DNA of 48,792 nucleotides from Gemmatimonas sp. (GTDB lineage Bacteria > Gemmatimonadota > Gemmatimonadetes > Gemmatimonadales > Gemmatimonadaceae): positions 1 through 48,792 of the forward strand of contig JANNVQ010000028.1 in assembly GCA_031414535.1 (NCBI GenBank), given 5' to 3'. The notes under the pieces are model-generated. The model ran no database searches. It saw only the letters and a program-made list of their open reading frames with translations, and had not been told where the DNA came from. This document shows, in pieces, positions 9,690 to 21,561 of the stretch; positions within the stretch are counted from its first letter, which is position 1, and each line of letters starts with the position of its first letter. The position numbers and the translations under genes were made by a program.

Positions 9690-10427
9690 ATGGCCCACCT
9701 CGCCACCGGCGTACTCCAGTTGCTGCTTCCGCGCGCCTGCGCGTCCTGTGAGCATGCGCTCGGGGATCACGAAGACGAACTCATCTGTGGCCGCTGCTGG
9801 GTGCGGCTGCCATTGTTGCGCTACCCGCGCTGCGAGCGCTGTGGGCACCCACGGCCCGCACGCGGCGCCTGCCCAGTGTGCCCTCTGCTGGCGCCTTTTG
9901 TGCGCTCGGCCCGCTCGTATTGTTGGGTCCCGGACGACACGGGCAGCGCCATGCTGAGCGCGCTCAAGTACGACGGCTGGTGGCGAGTGGCGGAGGCGAT
10001 GGCGGAGCGGATGATACGGCTCACCTGGCCCGCCGACGTGGTCACGGAGCGGGCGGCGCTCATCCCCGTACCACTCGCCGCTGTGAAGCAGCGCGCTCGC
10101 GGCTACAATCAGGCCGCATGTCTCGCCCAGGCCATCGGCCGACGCTGGAACCTGCCCGTGTGGAGCGAGATTTTGTGTCGCGTACGCGCGACTCCGAGCC
10201 AAACCTCGTTGACTCCGGGGGAGCGCTTGGCGAACGTTCACCGTGCGTTCTCCTGCGTGGACGGCGCTGCGGCGCAGATTGCCGGCCAGCATCTCATCCT
10301 CGTGGACGACGTGTTCACCACCGGCGCTACCCTCAACGCCTGCGCGAAGGCACTGTTCGATGAAGGGGCGCGCACTCTGAGCTATCTGACGTTCGGTCGG
10401 GCCCGCACTGCCGCGGACCGCCGCTAA
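9690..10427 (+). CDS. ComF family double zinc-ribbon / phosphoribosyltransferase protein
   Basis: Four CxxC pairs, RGYNQA, LVDDVFTTGAT. Confidence 0.9.
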   Translation: MAHLATGVLQLLLPRACASCEHALGDHEDELICGRCWVRLPLLRYPRCERCGHPRPARGACPVCPLLAPFVRSARSYCWVPDDTGSAMLSALKYDGWWRVAEAMAERMIRLTWPADVVTERAALIPVPLAAVKQRARGYNQAACLAQAIGRRWNLPVWSEILCRVRATPSQTSLTPGERLANVHRAFSCVDGAAAQIAGQHLILVDDVFTTGATLNACAKALFDEGARTLSYLTFGRARTAADRR

Positions 10428-11483
<1,056 letters not shown>

Positions 11484-11493
11484 GGACAGCCAC

Positions 11494-12690
11494 ATGAACA
11501 CCAAGACCATCAAGGACCTCAAGCCGGCGGATCTCGCCGGCAAGAGGGCCCTCGTGCGCGTGGATTTCAACGTTCCGCTTCACGAGGACGGCACGCTCGC
11601 CGACGACACACGCATCCGCGCAGCCGTGCCGACCATCCTCACGCTCGCCAAGGCGGGCGCCCGCGTGGTGCTCTGCTCGCACCTCGGACGCCCGAAGGGC
11701 AAGCCTGAAGCGAAGTACTCGCTCGCTCCGGTTGCGCCGCGCCTCGCGGAGCTGCTCAACAAGCCCGTGACGTTTGTGCCGCACGTGGTGGGCGCGGAAG
11801 CTGAAGCGGCCACAAAGGCGCTCAAGGATGGTGAAGTCTGCCTGCTTGAGAACACCCGCTTCGAAGCGGGCGAGGAGAAGAACGACGCCGCGCTGAGCGC
11901 CGCCTTCGCCAAGCTCGGCGATTTCTACGTGAACGATGCGTTCGGCGCCGCGCATCGTGCGCACGCGAGCACGGAGGGCGTGGCGAAGCTGCTCAAGCCC
12001 GCCGTCGCCGGCCTGCTGATGCAGAAGGAACTCGATTACTTGGGCGGCGCGCTCGACAATCCGAAGCGCCCGTTCATCGCCATCCTCGGCGGCAGCAAGA
12101 TCTCGGGCAAGATTGACGTCATCGAGGCACTGCTGCCCAAGGTGGACGGTATCCTCATCGGTGGCGCGATGGCCTGCACCTTCTACAAGGCGATGGACTT
12201 CGAGACGGGCAAGTCACTGGTCGAAGCCGACCGTGTGGAGATGGCCGCCGACTTGATGGAGCGCGCTGGGTATCGCCTGACTTTGCCTCATGATGCGATG
12301 GTCGCGCCCGCGATTGCCGAAGGCGCGAAGGCACACGCAGTGAAGCGTGATGCGATTCCGAGCGACGAAGCCATGCTCGACATCGGTCCGGAGTCGGCGG
12401 TGAGCTATGCCCGGGCGATCTCGGCGGCCAAGACCATCATCTGGAACGGCCCGATGGGCGTGTTCGAGACGCCGCCCTTCGACAAGGGCACCAACGCCAT
12501 CGCGCAGGCCATGGTCGAGGCCACCAAGAAGGGCGCCACGACGATTGTCGGTGGCGGTGACTCCGCGGCCGCCGTTGAGGCCGCTGGTCTCGCGTCCGCG
12601 ATGTCGCACGTGTCCACCGGTGGTGGTGCGTCGCTGGAGTTCCTCGAGGGCAAGGAATTGCCTGGCGTCGCGGCTCTCGATCTTCGATAA
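11494..12690 (+). CDS. pgk: Phosphoglycerate kinase
   Basis: [47 protein letters not shown] at 11494. Confidence 0.98.
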   Translation: MNTKTIKDLKPADLAGKRALVRVDFNVPLHEDGTLADDTRIRAAVPTILTLAKAGARVVLCSHLGRPKGKPEAKYSLAPVAPRLAELLNKPVTFVPHVVGAEAEAATKALKDGEVCLLENTRFEAGEEKNDAALSAAFAKLGDFYVNDAFGAAHRAHASTEGVAKLLKPAVAGLLMQKELDYLGGALDNPKRPFIAILGGSKISGKIDVIEALLPKVDGILIGGAMACTFYKAMDFETGKSLVEADRVEMAADLMERAGYRLTLPHDAMVAPAIAEGAKAHAVKRDAIPSDEAMLDIGPESAVSYARAISAAKTIIWNGPMGVFETPPFDKGTNAIAQAMVEATKKGATTIVGGGDSAAAVEAAGLASAMSHVSTGGGASLEFLEGKELPGVAALDLR

Positions 12691-12702
12691 GCGTCAAACG
12701 GC

Positions 12703-12886
12703 TTCACCACGAAGGCACGAAGGGTTCGGCTTCTTGGCTGAGATCTTAGCGCTAGGTCAGTGACGAGTGGCTATTTTTAGGGGGTCCGCGCCGGTGCATC
12801 GGTGCGGACCCCCAAGGTTTCCGAATGTTGAACGGTGCGACGGCAGCTTGAATTGGCATCGACTCCCTTCGTGCCTTCGTGGTGAA
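12703..12886. repeat. REPIN/MITE-like intergenic element, copy 1 (perfect 22-bp terminal inverted repeats, internal hairpin)
   Basis: TTCACCACGAAGGCACGAAGGG (12703-12724) and its exact reverse complement (12865-12886); internal stem GGGGGTCCGC...GCGGACCCCC (12780-12813). Confidence 0.85.
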
Positions 12887-12918
12887 CGTCTTTTCTTTCC
12901 CTGACACAAGACTGACGA

Positions 12919-13668
12919 ATGAAGTCCCTAGTGTTCGCCGCAAACTGGAAGATGAACCAAGCCCCGGCCGACGCCGAGGCGTTCTTGCGCACCTTCATTG
13001 ACCAGTACGCCAAGCAACAGCATCGGCGCGTGTTGTTCTTCCCGCCGACGGTTTCGCTGCATGTGTGCGTTGCGGCCGTGAAGCAACGCGCCGACCTCGA
13101 GACCGGCGTGCAGAACATCCATTGGGAAGACAAGGGCGCGTTCACCGGCGAGATCTCAGCCGCGCTCGCTCGTGGGGCTGGTGCACGCCATGTGCTCGTT
13201 GGCCACTCGGAGCGTCGTCACGTGTTCGGCGAGACGGACGAGCAAACCGGCAAGAAGTTCGCCGCGGCCGTGAAGTCTGGGCTCACGCCCACGCTCTGCG
13301 TGGGTGAGAAGCTCAGTGAGCGCGAGGCGGGGCAGACCATCGAGCTGGTGCTGCGCCAACTGCGTGCCGGCTTCGCTCTTGTGGACGCGGCGGCCATCGC
13401 GGTGTGCATGGTGGCCTACGAGCCCGTGTGGGCCATCGGCACGGGGAGGACGGCCACGCCGGCGGACGCAGCAGAAGTCCACGGGGCCATTCGCGCCGAG
13501 TTGATCAAGCTGACCGGCGAGCGAGGCGGCGCGGTCCCCATTCTTTACGGCGGGAGTGTCAACCGCTCCAACGTCGAGGCCCTCTTGGCGCAAGAAGACA
13601 TCGATGGAGTCCTCGTCGGTGGTGCCAGCCTTGACGCTGAGGGCTGGCTAACCATCGTGAGGGCGTAG
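12919..13668 (+). CDS. tpiA: Triosephosphate isomerase
   Basis: AANWKMN, GHSERR, AYEPVWAIGTG, YGGSV, LVGGASL. Confidence 0.97.
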   Translation: MKSLVFAANWKMNQAPADAEAFLRTFIDQYAKQQHRRVLFFPPTVSLHVCVAAVKQRADLETGVQNIHWEDKGAFTGEISAALARGAGARHVLVGHSERRHVFGETDEQTGKKFAAAVKSGLTPTLCVGEKLSEREAGQTIELVLRQLRAGFALVDAAAIAVCMVAYEPVWAIGTGRTATPADAAEVHGAIRAELIKLTGERGGAVPILYGGSVNRSNVEALLAQEDIDGVLVGGASLDAEGWLTIVRA

Positions 13669-13695
13669 AGCGTTTTCACCCAGACGGCGGTTTCG

Positions 13696-14061
13696 GTGTT
13701 CAAGCGCTATGGCGCAATCCTTGCCACTGTCGCCCTTCTCAGTTGCTCAGGAGATGGTCCGTCGGCCGCGACGTTCCCGACGTACGAAGGTCAGGTAATC
13801 TCCGTCTACGTCAGCTCTACCGGCTTTCGATCCCTCGTACTTGACCGTGATGATGTGACGACGTCTCCTGAAGGCCGAGTGACGATCCACGTTGACCATC
13901 CCGCGGGCGGTCCAACCCTGCTGCGCTGGGCCCATGGCGGATTGGCTCGCTGGGACGACATTCAGGTTGGGCAGAGCGCCACCGTTTGGACTAACGGAAT
14001 CGAGATGCGCTCGTTGCCACCACAGGCCTATGCCGAGCGCGTGACGCTAGAGGCTCGGTAG
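13696..14061 (+). CDS. Putative lipoprotein, DUF3221/YobA-like
   Basis: Signal peptide with lipobox-like LLSC; C-terminal IQVGQSATVWTNG..RSLPPQAYA resembles my recollection of the DUF3221 consensus. Confidence 0.6.
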   Translation: MFKRYGAILATVALLSCSGDGPSAATFPTYEGQVISVYVSSTGFRSLVLDRDDVTTSPEGRVTIHVDHPAGGPTLLRWAHGGLARWDDIQVGQSATVWTNGIEMRSLPPQAYAERVTLEAR

Positions 14062-14108
14062 CTCAAGAACCGCCAAGATTTGCCTGGTCACCATTCCTAA
14101 CTGGCGAC

Positions 14109-14137
14109 TTGAACTTACGCCTAACTCCCTGTAGGAT
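14109..14137 (+). promoter_or_regulatory. Putative sigma70 promoter for secG-carA
   Basis: TTGAAC-17 nt-TAGGAT. Confidence 0.45.
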
Positions 14138-14172
14138 TAAGGCTTAGACAATTCAGCCTCCTGCTCTGATCC

Positions 14173-14559
14173 GTGTACACTTTCCTCATCGTCGTTCTCA
14201 TCATTGATGCGCTTGTCCTTGGCGCTGCCATCCTTCTGCAGGCTGGCAAAGGCGGCGGTCTCGCCGCAAGCTTTGGTGGCGCGTCCTCGTCGTCGGATTC
14301 ACTGCTTGGCACACGTCAGGCCGGGAATCTCCTGACCAAGACCAGCTGGTGGGCAGGCGGCATCTTTATCGGCCTCGCCTTGGTCCTCCAAATCATGTCG
14401 GCACGCTCGCGTACCCCGACCTCGATTCTCGATCGCGCCATTGCTGCGCCTGCGTCGGCTCCTTCTGCCTCCGCGCCAGCGTCCGAACCCACTGCGCAGT
14501 CGGCTGTTCCGCTTGAAGCGGCGCCGACCTCGCCCACGACTCCGCCTCCTCAGCCGTGA
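14173..14559 (+). CDS. secG: Preprotein translocase subunit SecG
   Basis: Two hydrophobic helices around ILLQAGKGGGLAASFGG, LTKTSW; near tpiA. Confidence 0.92.
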   Translation: MYTFLIVVLIIDALVLGAAILLQAGKGGGLAASFGGASSSSDSLLGTRQAGNLLTKTSWWAGGIFIGLALVLQIMSARSRTPTSILDRAIAAPASAPSASAPASEPTAQSAVPLEAAPTSPTTPPPQP

Positions 14560-15674
14560 CCGTGAACCAGCATGACGAACCAGGGTTCCTCCTCCTCGAG
14601 GACGGGACCCTTTTTCTTGGCCGCCTGCACGCGCCGCTCAAGAATCCCGCTGTCGCGGAGGTGGTGTTCACCACGTCCATGAGCGGCTATCAGGAGACCT
14701 TCACCGATCCGTCCTACAAGGGTCAGATCGTGGTGATGACGGCGCCGATGATTGGCAACTACGGTGTGAACTCCGAAGATCCTGAGTCCGACAAGCCGCA
14801 TGTGGCCGGTGTCATTGTGCGCGAGCTATCGCAGTCGCATTCCAACTGGCGTGCGGAGCAGGGACTTGGCGAGTGGCTCATTGCGGCTGATGTGCCCATC
14901 ATCTCCGAGCTCGACACGCGTCGCCTCACGCGCCACTTGCGCACCGTTGGTGTAATGCGCGGCTTGATTGGCGCTGGCACTGAGCCAACCGCGGCGCACA
15001 AGGCTGAGCTTGCCGCTTGCCCCTCGATGAGCGGCCTCGATCTCGCGTCGCGCGTGTCCACCAAGAAGTCCTACGAATGGGGCGCAGCGAAGGCGCCGCA
15101 CCACATCGTGGCTTACGACTACGGCATCAAGCGCAACATTCTCCGCATGTTCGAGGAGCGCGGCTGTCGGATTACGGTGGTGCCATCTACCACGTCCGCG
15201 AAGGATGTGCTCGCGCAGAAGCCTGACGGCGTGTTCTTGTCGAACGGCCCCGGAGATCCAGAAGCGGTGACGTACGCGCCGGCTGCCATCAAGGAAATCG
15301 TCGAGGCCGGCGTTCCCGTGTTTGGCATCTGCCTCGGCCACCAGCTCTTGGGCATCACTTTTGGTGGGCGCACCACGAAGCTTCCGTACGGACACCGCGG
15401 CGGAAATCACCCGGTCAAGGACTTGGCCTCGGGCGAGGTGCTCATCACCTCGCAGAACCACGGATTTGCCGTGCAGGGGACGCTTGAAGGCATCCCGGGG
15501 GCTCCAGATCTCGCGGTGACGCACCTAAACCTGAATGACGGCACGGTGGAGGGCCTCCGGCACCGGACCCGTCCAGTGTTTGGGGTGCAGTATCACCCCG
15601 AAGCCGCCCCGGGGCCGCACGACGCCGTGCCGCATTTTGACGAGTTCATTGAGGCCTTAGGCGCGGCTAAATAG
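14556..15674 (+). CDS. carA: Carbamoyl-phosphate synthase small subunit
   Basis: EVVFTTSMSGYQE, DPSY, SNGPGDP, GICLGHQ, SQNHGFAV, QYHPEA. Confidence 0.96.
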   Translation: MTVNQHDEPGFLLLEDGTLFLGRLHAPLKNPAVAEVVFTTSMSGYQETFTDPSYKGQIVVMTAPMIGNYGVNSEDPESDKPHVAGVIVRELSQSHSNWRAEQGLGEWLIAADVPIISELDTRRLTRHLRTVGVMRGLIGAGTEPTAAHKAELAACPSMSGLDLASRVSTKKSYEWGAAKAPHHIVAYDYGIKRNILRMFEERGCRITVVPSTTSAKDVLAQKPDGVFLSNGPGDPEAVTYAPAAIKEIVEAGVPVFGICLGHQLLGITFGGRTTKLPYGHRGGNHPVKDLASGEVLITSQNHGFAVQGTLEGIPGAPDLAVTHLNLNDGTVEGLRHRTRPVFGVQYHPEAAPGPHDAVPHFDEFIEALGAAK

Positions 15675-15699
15675 TATGGGGTAAACCGCGCGCAAGTGC

Positions 15700-15728
15700 T
15701 TGACACACCACAGCTAAGGTCCTAAGCT
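15700..15728 (+). promoter_or_regulatory. Putative sigma70 promoter for the HU/IHF-moa operon
   Basis: TTGACA-17 nt-TAAGCT, flanked by an imperfect inverted repeat GCGCAAGTGC (15690-15699) / GCACTTACGC (15733-15742). Confidence 0.6.
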
Positions 15729-15770
15729 AAAGGCACTTACGCCACTTGGGACGTCTCAACCCCTCCTCGA

Positions 15771-16094
15771 ATGTCGATGACCAAAGCGGATCTTGTGGAG
15801 CTCGTTACGGAGGCGATGTCTCAGACCTCCGGGCCCATGATTTCCAAGAAGGATTGCGCTCGAGTTGTGGATTCGTTCCTCGACGCTATCAAGGACGCCC
15901 TCAAGGCGCAGAAGAACATTGAAGTGCGCGGCTTCGGCACTTTCAAAATCCGCAATCGGAAGACTCGCATGGCGCGGAATCCGCGCACCGGCGCTCCCGT
16001 TGAAGTCTCGGCCCGTCCGGTCCCGGTGTTCAAGCCCAGTAAGGAGTTACGGGCCCTCGTCGCCGATCTGGAGATGGTGCCCGAGGAGGGTTGA
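15771..16094 (+). CDS. HU/IHF family DNA-binding protein
   Basis: MTKADLV, IEVRGFGTF, RMARNPRTG, PVFKPSKEL. Confidence 0.94.
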   Translation: MSMTKADLVELVTEAMSQTSGPMISKKDCARVVDSFLDAIKDALKAQKNIEVRGFGTFKIRNRKTRMARNPRTGAPVEVSARPVPVFKPSKELRALVADLEMVPEEG

Positions 16095-16360
16095 ATCCCT
16101 CGGTGAGCGTCCCGTTGAAGCACCGCGTGAGGCTCTTTGCCTCTTGGAGTGATGCCCTTGGCCCCGAGGCTGAGGTTGAGCTGCCTGATGGCGCTCGCGT
16201 GTCCGATTTGCTGGACGCGCTGACGAGCAGAGCTAAGACCAAGTCAATCAAGCCGTTGCCACGCCCGCTCGTGGCCGTGAATCAGCGCTATGCGCGGGCC
16301 GATGCCGTTCTCGCGGCGGGCGATGAGCTCGCCATTATCCCGCCCGTCGCGGGGGGCTGA
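16091..16360 (+). CDS. moaD: Molybdopterin synthase sulfur carrier subunit
   Basis: VRLFA, VAVNQRY, C-terminal IPPVAGG; start may be GTG 16103. Confidence 0.9.
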   Translation: MNPSVSVPLKHRVRLFASWSDALGPEAEVELPDGARVSDLLDALTSRAKTKSIKPLPRPLVAVNQRYARADAVLAAGDELAIIPPVAGG

Positions 16361-16361
16361 A

Positions 16362-16793
16362 GTGCGCGCGTCCATTGTAGAACATCCACTGGACCCGACG
16401 GCTCTGCTCGCCGAGGTCGCGGATGTGGGCTCGGGAGCCAGCACGCTGTTCGTGGGCACCGTGCGCCGCAACAATCAGGGCCGAGCGGTGACCGGCATTG
16501 ATTACTCTGCATACGAGGCGATGGCCCTGCGCGAGATGGAGACCATCATTCGCGAGGCGGCGGAACAATTCGGCAGCGATCGCATTGTGGTGGAACATCG
16601 TTTAGGCACGCTCACGCTCGGCGAAGCGAGTATCGTCATTGCTGTATCCCACGAACGCCGTGCGGCCGCCATGGACGCGCAGCGCTTTTTGATTGAGGAG
16701 ATCAAGCTGCGTGTACCCATCTGGAAGCGTGAGCACTACGTGGACGGCGACCGCGCGTGGGTGGATAACCTTGGCGGCGCGGTGAGCGCATGA
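16362..16793 (+). CDS. moaE: Molybdopterin synthase catalytic subunit
   Basis: FVGTVR, YSAYEAMA, HRLG, VPIWKRE; GTG start at 16362. Confidence 0.93.
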   Translation: MRASIVEHPLDPTALLAEVADVGSGASTLFVGTVRRNNQGRAVTGIDYSAYEAMALREMETIIREAAEQFGSDRIVVEHRLGTLTLGEASIVIAVSHERRAAAMDAQRFLIEEIKLRVPIWKREHYVDGDRAWVDNLGGAVSA

Positions 16794-17761
16794 AAGATCA
16801 ATTCGGCCGCAGCATCGAGTATCTGCGGATCTCGGTGACGGACCGTTGCAACTTCCGCTGCGTGTACTGCATGCCGGCGGAGGGCCTCGCGTGGCTGCCC
16901 AAGCAAGAGATTCTGAGCTATGAGGAGATCACCGAAGTCGTGCGCCAGTTGGCGCCGCTTGGGCTGCGTCGCCTGCGCATCACGGGCGGTGAGCCGACCA
17001 TTCGGCCGGATCTTCCGAAGTTGATCACGATGCTGCGCGCGGTGGATGGCATTGAGGACATCGCGCTCTCGACCAACGGCGCCAAGCTTCCCGCGATGGC
17101 GCAGGATCTGAAGGCGGCGGGCCTCGACCGCGTGAACATCTCGGCGGATTCCCTGCGTCAAGATCGCATCGTCGCGATTGCGCGTCGCGACTTGAAGTTT
17201 GAACCAGTGGCCGCCTTCGAAGCGGCAATCGCCGCGGGCCTCGAGCCGGTGAAGGTGAACGTGGTCGTGATGCGAGGCCTGAATGATGATGAGGTCAAGG
17301 ACTTTGCGCGCCTCACGCTCAGGCTGCCGATTCACGTGCGATTTATCGAACTGATGCCTGTGGGCGAGATGGCGCACCTCACGGACGCGCACGTGGTTCC
17401 CAGCGACGAGATTCTCACTCGCATAGCTACACTCGGCACGCTTGAGCCCGTTAGCGGCCCGGCGCGCGGCAATGGCCCGGCCAAGTACTACCGGCTGCAG
17501 GGCGCTGCTGGCAGCGTCGGCGTGATTACGCCGATGACGCACACCTACTGCGGCGACTGCAACCGCGTGCGCCTCACCGCCGACGGCCGCCTGCGCACCT
17601 GCCTGTACGGCGACCACGAGGTGAACCTGCGCGAGCCGCTGAGGGCCGGTCTAAGACTGGAGCCGCTGTTTGTTCAGGCGCTGGCCGAGAAACCTAAAGA
17701 GCACAACCTGCTGCAACTGAGAGTGGGCGGGCTGAAAGCGCTGTCTCAAGTTGGGGGCTGA
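16790..17761 (+). CDS. moaA: GTP 3',8-cyclase (radical SAM)
   Basis: YLRISVTDRCNFRCVYCMP, CGDCNRVRLTADG..C, C-terminal GG. Confidence 0.97.
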   Translation: MKDQFGRSIEYLRISVTDRCNFRCVYCMPAEGLAWLPKQEILSYEEITEVVRQLAPLGLRRLRITGGEPTIRPDLPKLITMLRAVDGIEDIALSTNGAKLPAMAQDLKAAGLDRVNISADSLRQDRIVAIARRDLKFEPVAAFEAAIAAGLEPVKVNVVVMRGLNDDEVKDFARLTLRLPIHVRFIELMPVGEMAHLTDAHVVPSDEILTRIATLGTLEPVSGPARGNGPAKYYRLQGAAGSVGVITPMTHTYCGDCNRVRLTADGRLRTCLYGDHEVNLREPLRAGLRLEPLFVQALAEKPKEHNLLQLRVGGLKALSQVGG

Positions 17762-17766
17762 ACGGT

Positions 17767-17888
17767 TTCACCACGGAGGCACGAAGGGAGCCGCGACGGT
17801 CCTTAGGCCCCGCAGCCCCAAAAGGCTTCGCTTCTTCAGGTTCGCGGGGCCAAAAGTTTGCAGTAAGTCCTTCGTGCCTTCGTGGTGA
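17767..17888. repeat. REPIN/MITE-like intergenic element, copy 2
   Basis: TTCACCACGGAGGCACGAAGGG (17767-17788) and CCTTCGTGCCTTCGTGGTGA (17869-17888); internal stem GGCCCCGC (17806-17813) / GCGGGGCC (17844-17851). Confidence 0.82.
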
Positions 17889-17971
17889 GAGCAGTTTACC
17901 TGACTCGGCGCGCCCACTAAATTCCATCGCACAAGCAGCAGCACACCGATCCCCCCGTCGAGTAGGCATAA

Positions 17972-18901
<930 letters not shown>

Positions 18902-18910
18902 GAGTTACGA

Positions 18911-18946
18911 AGCGGGAGCCTTCACACCGAAGGCTCCCGCTCTTGT
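18911..18946 (+). terminator. Stem-loop after mdh (terminator or mRNA stabiliser)
   Basis: Perfect 13-bp stem AGCGGGAGCCTTC-ACACC-GAAGGCTCCCGCT with a weak T tail. Confidence 0.6.
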
Positions 18947-18968
18947 CTGACCCCGGCAGAGGATAGCG

Positions 18969-19625
18969 ATGGCTGCGTTGCTGCAGTTTTGGAGTTCGAC
19001 GATTGGCAAGAAGTGGGTGATGGCGATCACGGGCATAGGGCTCGTTGGATTTACGCTCGCACACATGGCCGGGAACCTGCAGGTGTTCCTCGGCGCCACG
19101 GCATTTAACGACTACGCGCACAAGCTGCAGTCACTGGGGCCGCTCCTCTGGGTGGCGCGCATCGGGCTCTTCACGATGGCGGCGCTGCACATCATCTCCG
19201 CCATTCAGTTGACGGCTATCGCCAAGGCGGCGCGGCCTGCCGACTACGTGAAGCGGGAGTCGCAGATCTCCACGCTCGCCTCCAAGACGATGCGCGTGGG
19301 CGGCATCGTCGTCGCCGCGTTCATCGTGTTTCACATCCTGCACTTCACCACGGGCCAGTTGCACCCGGCGTTTTCGAAGGGTGGTGCCTACGGCAACGTG
19401 GTGTTGGGCTTCAAGGTCTGGTGGGTGGTGGTGTTCTACGTGGTGGCGATGAGCTTCCTCGGATTGCATCTGTACCACGGCGTGTGGTCGGGCTTCCGCA
19501 CGCTCGGCGTAGCGAAGGCAAATCCGATGCCGATGGAGCGCAAGCTCGCACTCGGCGTCGCCGTGATCGTCTGGGCTGGATTCATCATCGTGCCGATCGC
19601 GGTTGCGCTCGGCATCGTCGACTGA
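18969..19625 (+). CDS. sdhC: Succinate dehydrogenase/fumarate reductase cytochrome b subunit (single-subunit, b558 type)
   Basis: [20 protein letters not shown], His ligands (ALH, FHILH, LHLYHG), about 5 TM helices. Confidence 0.92.
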   Translation: MAALLQFWSSTIGKKWVMAITGIGLVGFTLAHMAGNLQVFLGATAFNDYAHKLQSLGPLLWVARIGLFTMAALHIISAIQLTAIAKAARPADYVKRESQISTLASKTMRVGGIVVAAFIVFHILHFTTGQLHPAFSKGGAYGNVVLGFKVWWVVVFYVVAMSFLGLHLYHGVWSGFRTLGVAKANPMPMERKLALGVAVIVWAGFIIVPIAVALGIVD

Positions 19626-19638
19626 GGACAAGAGCGCA

Positions 19639-21561
19639 ATGACACTCAAGCTCGACTCGAAGATTCCCGAAGGACCGCTCGCCGAGAAGTGGGATAAGCA
19701 CCGCTTTGAGATGAAGCTCGTGAACCCCGCCAATAAGCGGAAGTTCAGCGTGATCGTCGTGGGCTCCGGCCTCGCTGGCGCTTCGGCTGCGGCGACGCTC
19801 TCGGAACTCGGCTACAACGTCTCCTGCTTCTGCTTTCAAGACTCGCCGCGCCGCGCGCATTCGATTGCGGCGCAGGGCGGTATCAACGCGGCCAAGAACT
19901 ATCGCAATGATGGTGACTCGGTGCAGCGCTTGTTCTACGACACCATCAAGGGCGGCGACTTTCGCGCTCGCGAGGCTAATGTGTATCGCCTCGCGCAGGT
20001 GTCGGTGGACATCATTGACCAGTGCGTGGCGCAGGGCGTGCCCTTTGCGCGCGAGTACGGCGGCATGTTGGCCAATCGCTCGTTTGGTGGTGCGCAGGTG
20101 TCGCGCACCTTTTATGCGCGTGGGCAGACGGGGCAGCAGTTGTTGCTCGGTGCGTATCAGGCGCTGGAGAAGGAGATTGCTCGCGGCGCCGTGAAGATGT
20201 ACGAGCGGCACGAGATGCTCGAACTTGTGCTCGTGGATGGCAAGGCTCGTGGCATCATCGTGCGCGACCTCATCACGGGTGAGATCGAGTCGCACGCCGC
20301 GGACGCGGTGATTCTCGCGACCGGTGGTTACGGGAACGTCTTTTACCTCTCGACCAACGCCAAGGGCTGCAACGTCACGGCAACCTGGCGCGCCTACAAA
20401 AAGGGCGCGGCGATGGCGAACCCAAGCTTCACGCAAATTCACCCGACCTGCATCCCCGTGGCCGGCGACTATCAGTCCAAGTTGACGCTGATGTCCGAGT
20501 CGCTGCGCAATGACGGTCGTGTGTGGGTGCCGAAGAAGAAGGAAGACATCGCCAAGAACCCTTCGGAGATCGCCGAGGATGACCGCGACTATTTCCTGGA
20601 GCGGAAGTATCCGAGCTTCGGCAATCTGAGCCCGCGCGACATCGCGTCGCGCGCCGCCAAGGAAGCCTGCGACGACGGGCGTGGCGTTGGCCCCGGCGGC
20701 CGCGGCGTGTACCTCGACTTCGCGGACGCCATCAAGCGCTTGGGCAAGTCCGCCATCGAGGAGCGCTACGGCAACTTGTTTGAGATGTATCAGCGCATCA
20801 CGGACGAGGATCCCTACAAGCGTCCGATGCGCATCTACCCCGCCGTTCACTACACGATGGGCGGCACTTGGGTGGATTACAACCTGATGAGCACCATCCC
20901 CGGCCTGCACGTGGCCGGTGAAGCCAACTTCTCGGACCACGGCGCCAATCGCCTTGGTGCGAGCGCGCTGATGCAGGGTTTGGCCGACGGATACTTCGTG
21001 TTGCCGTACACCATCGGCAATTATCTCGCCGGCACCAAGCTTGAGCCGGTGACGACGGATCATCCGGAGTTTCTAGCCGCGCGCACCGCGGTCGAAGAGC
21101 GCACTAAGCGGCTGCTCAGCATCAACGGCACACGTACGGTGGATTCGTTTCACCGCGAACTTGGCCTCCTCATGTGGGACAAGTGCGGCATGGCGCGCGA
21201 TGCCAAGGGACTGCAGGAGGCGCTGCAGAGGATTCCGAAGTTGCGCGAGGAGTTCTGGCGCAATGTAAAGGTCCTAGGCGAGGGCACGCATCTCAATCAG
21301 TCGCTGGAGAAGGCCGGCCGTGTGGCGGACTTCCTCGAGTTCGCGGAGCTGATGTGCATTGACGCGCTACACCGTGAAGAGAGCTGCGGCGGGCATTTCC
21401 GCACGGAGCATCAGACGGAAGACGGCGAGGCCAAGCGGAATGACGAGGCCTTCGCGTACGTGGCGGCTTGGGAGTACGCGGGCGAAGGGAAGCCTCCGGT
21501 GCTCAACAAGGAGCCACTCAACTTTGAGAATGTCCACCTGAGCACGCGGAGCTACAAGTGA
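19639..21561 (+). CDS. sdhA: Succinate dehydrogenase/fumarate reductase flavoprotein
   Basis: [48 protein letters not shown] at 19639. Confidence 0.96.
   Translation: MTLKLDSKIPEGPLAEKWDKHRFEMKLVNPANKRKFSVIVVGSGLAGASAAATLSELGYNVSCFCFQDSPRRAHSIAAQGGINAAKNYRNDGDSVQRLFYDTIKGGDFRAREANVYRLAQVSVDIIDQCVAQGVPFAREYGGMLANRSFGGAQVSRTFYARGQTGQQLLLGAYQALEKEIARGAVKMYERHEMLELVLVDGKARGIIVRDLITGEIESHAADAVILATGGYGNVFYLSTNAKGCNVTATWRAYKKGAAMANPSFTQIHPTCIPVAGDYQSKLTLMSESLRNDGRVWVPKKKEDIAKNPSEIAEDDRDYFLERKYPSFGNLSPRDIASRAAKEACDDGRGVGPGGRGVYLDFADAIKRLGKSAIEERYGNLFEMYQRITDEDPYKRPMRIYPAVHYTMGGTWVDYNLMSTIPGLHVAGEANFSDHGANRLGASALMQGLADGYFVLPYTIGNYLAGTKLEPVTTDHPEFLAARTAVEERTKRLLSINGTRTVDSFHRELGLLMWDKCGMARDAKGLQEALQRIPKLREEFWRNVKVLGEGTHLNQSLEKAGRVADFLEFAELMCIDALHREESCGGHFRTEHQTEDGEAKRNDEAFAYVAAWEYAGEGKPPVLNKEPLNFENVHLSTRSYK

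Noticed and set aside
14560..14640. tRNA-Leu often found after secG
   Set aside because: carA begins immediately and no cloverleaf or T-loop motif is visible
12703..17888. Composite transposon or CRISPR array formed by the repeated arms
   Set aside because: The arms pair locally into two short elements; the enclosed genes are housekeeping, with no transposase, regular spacers or cas genes
19585..21063. 492-aa antisense ORF over sdhA (and similar ones over gap, mdh, nuoD and nuoG)
   Set aside because: Antisense open frames are expected from strong GC3 codon bias
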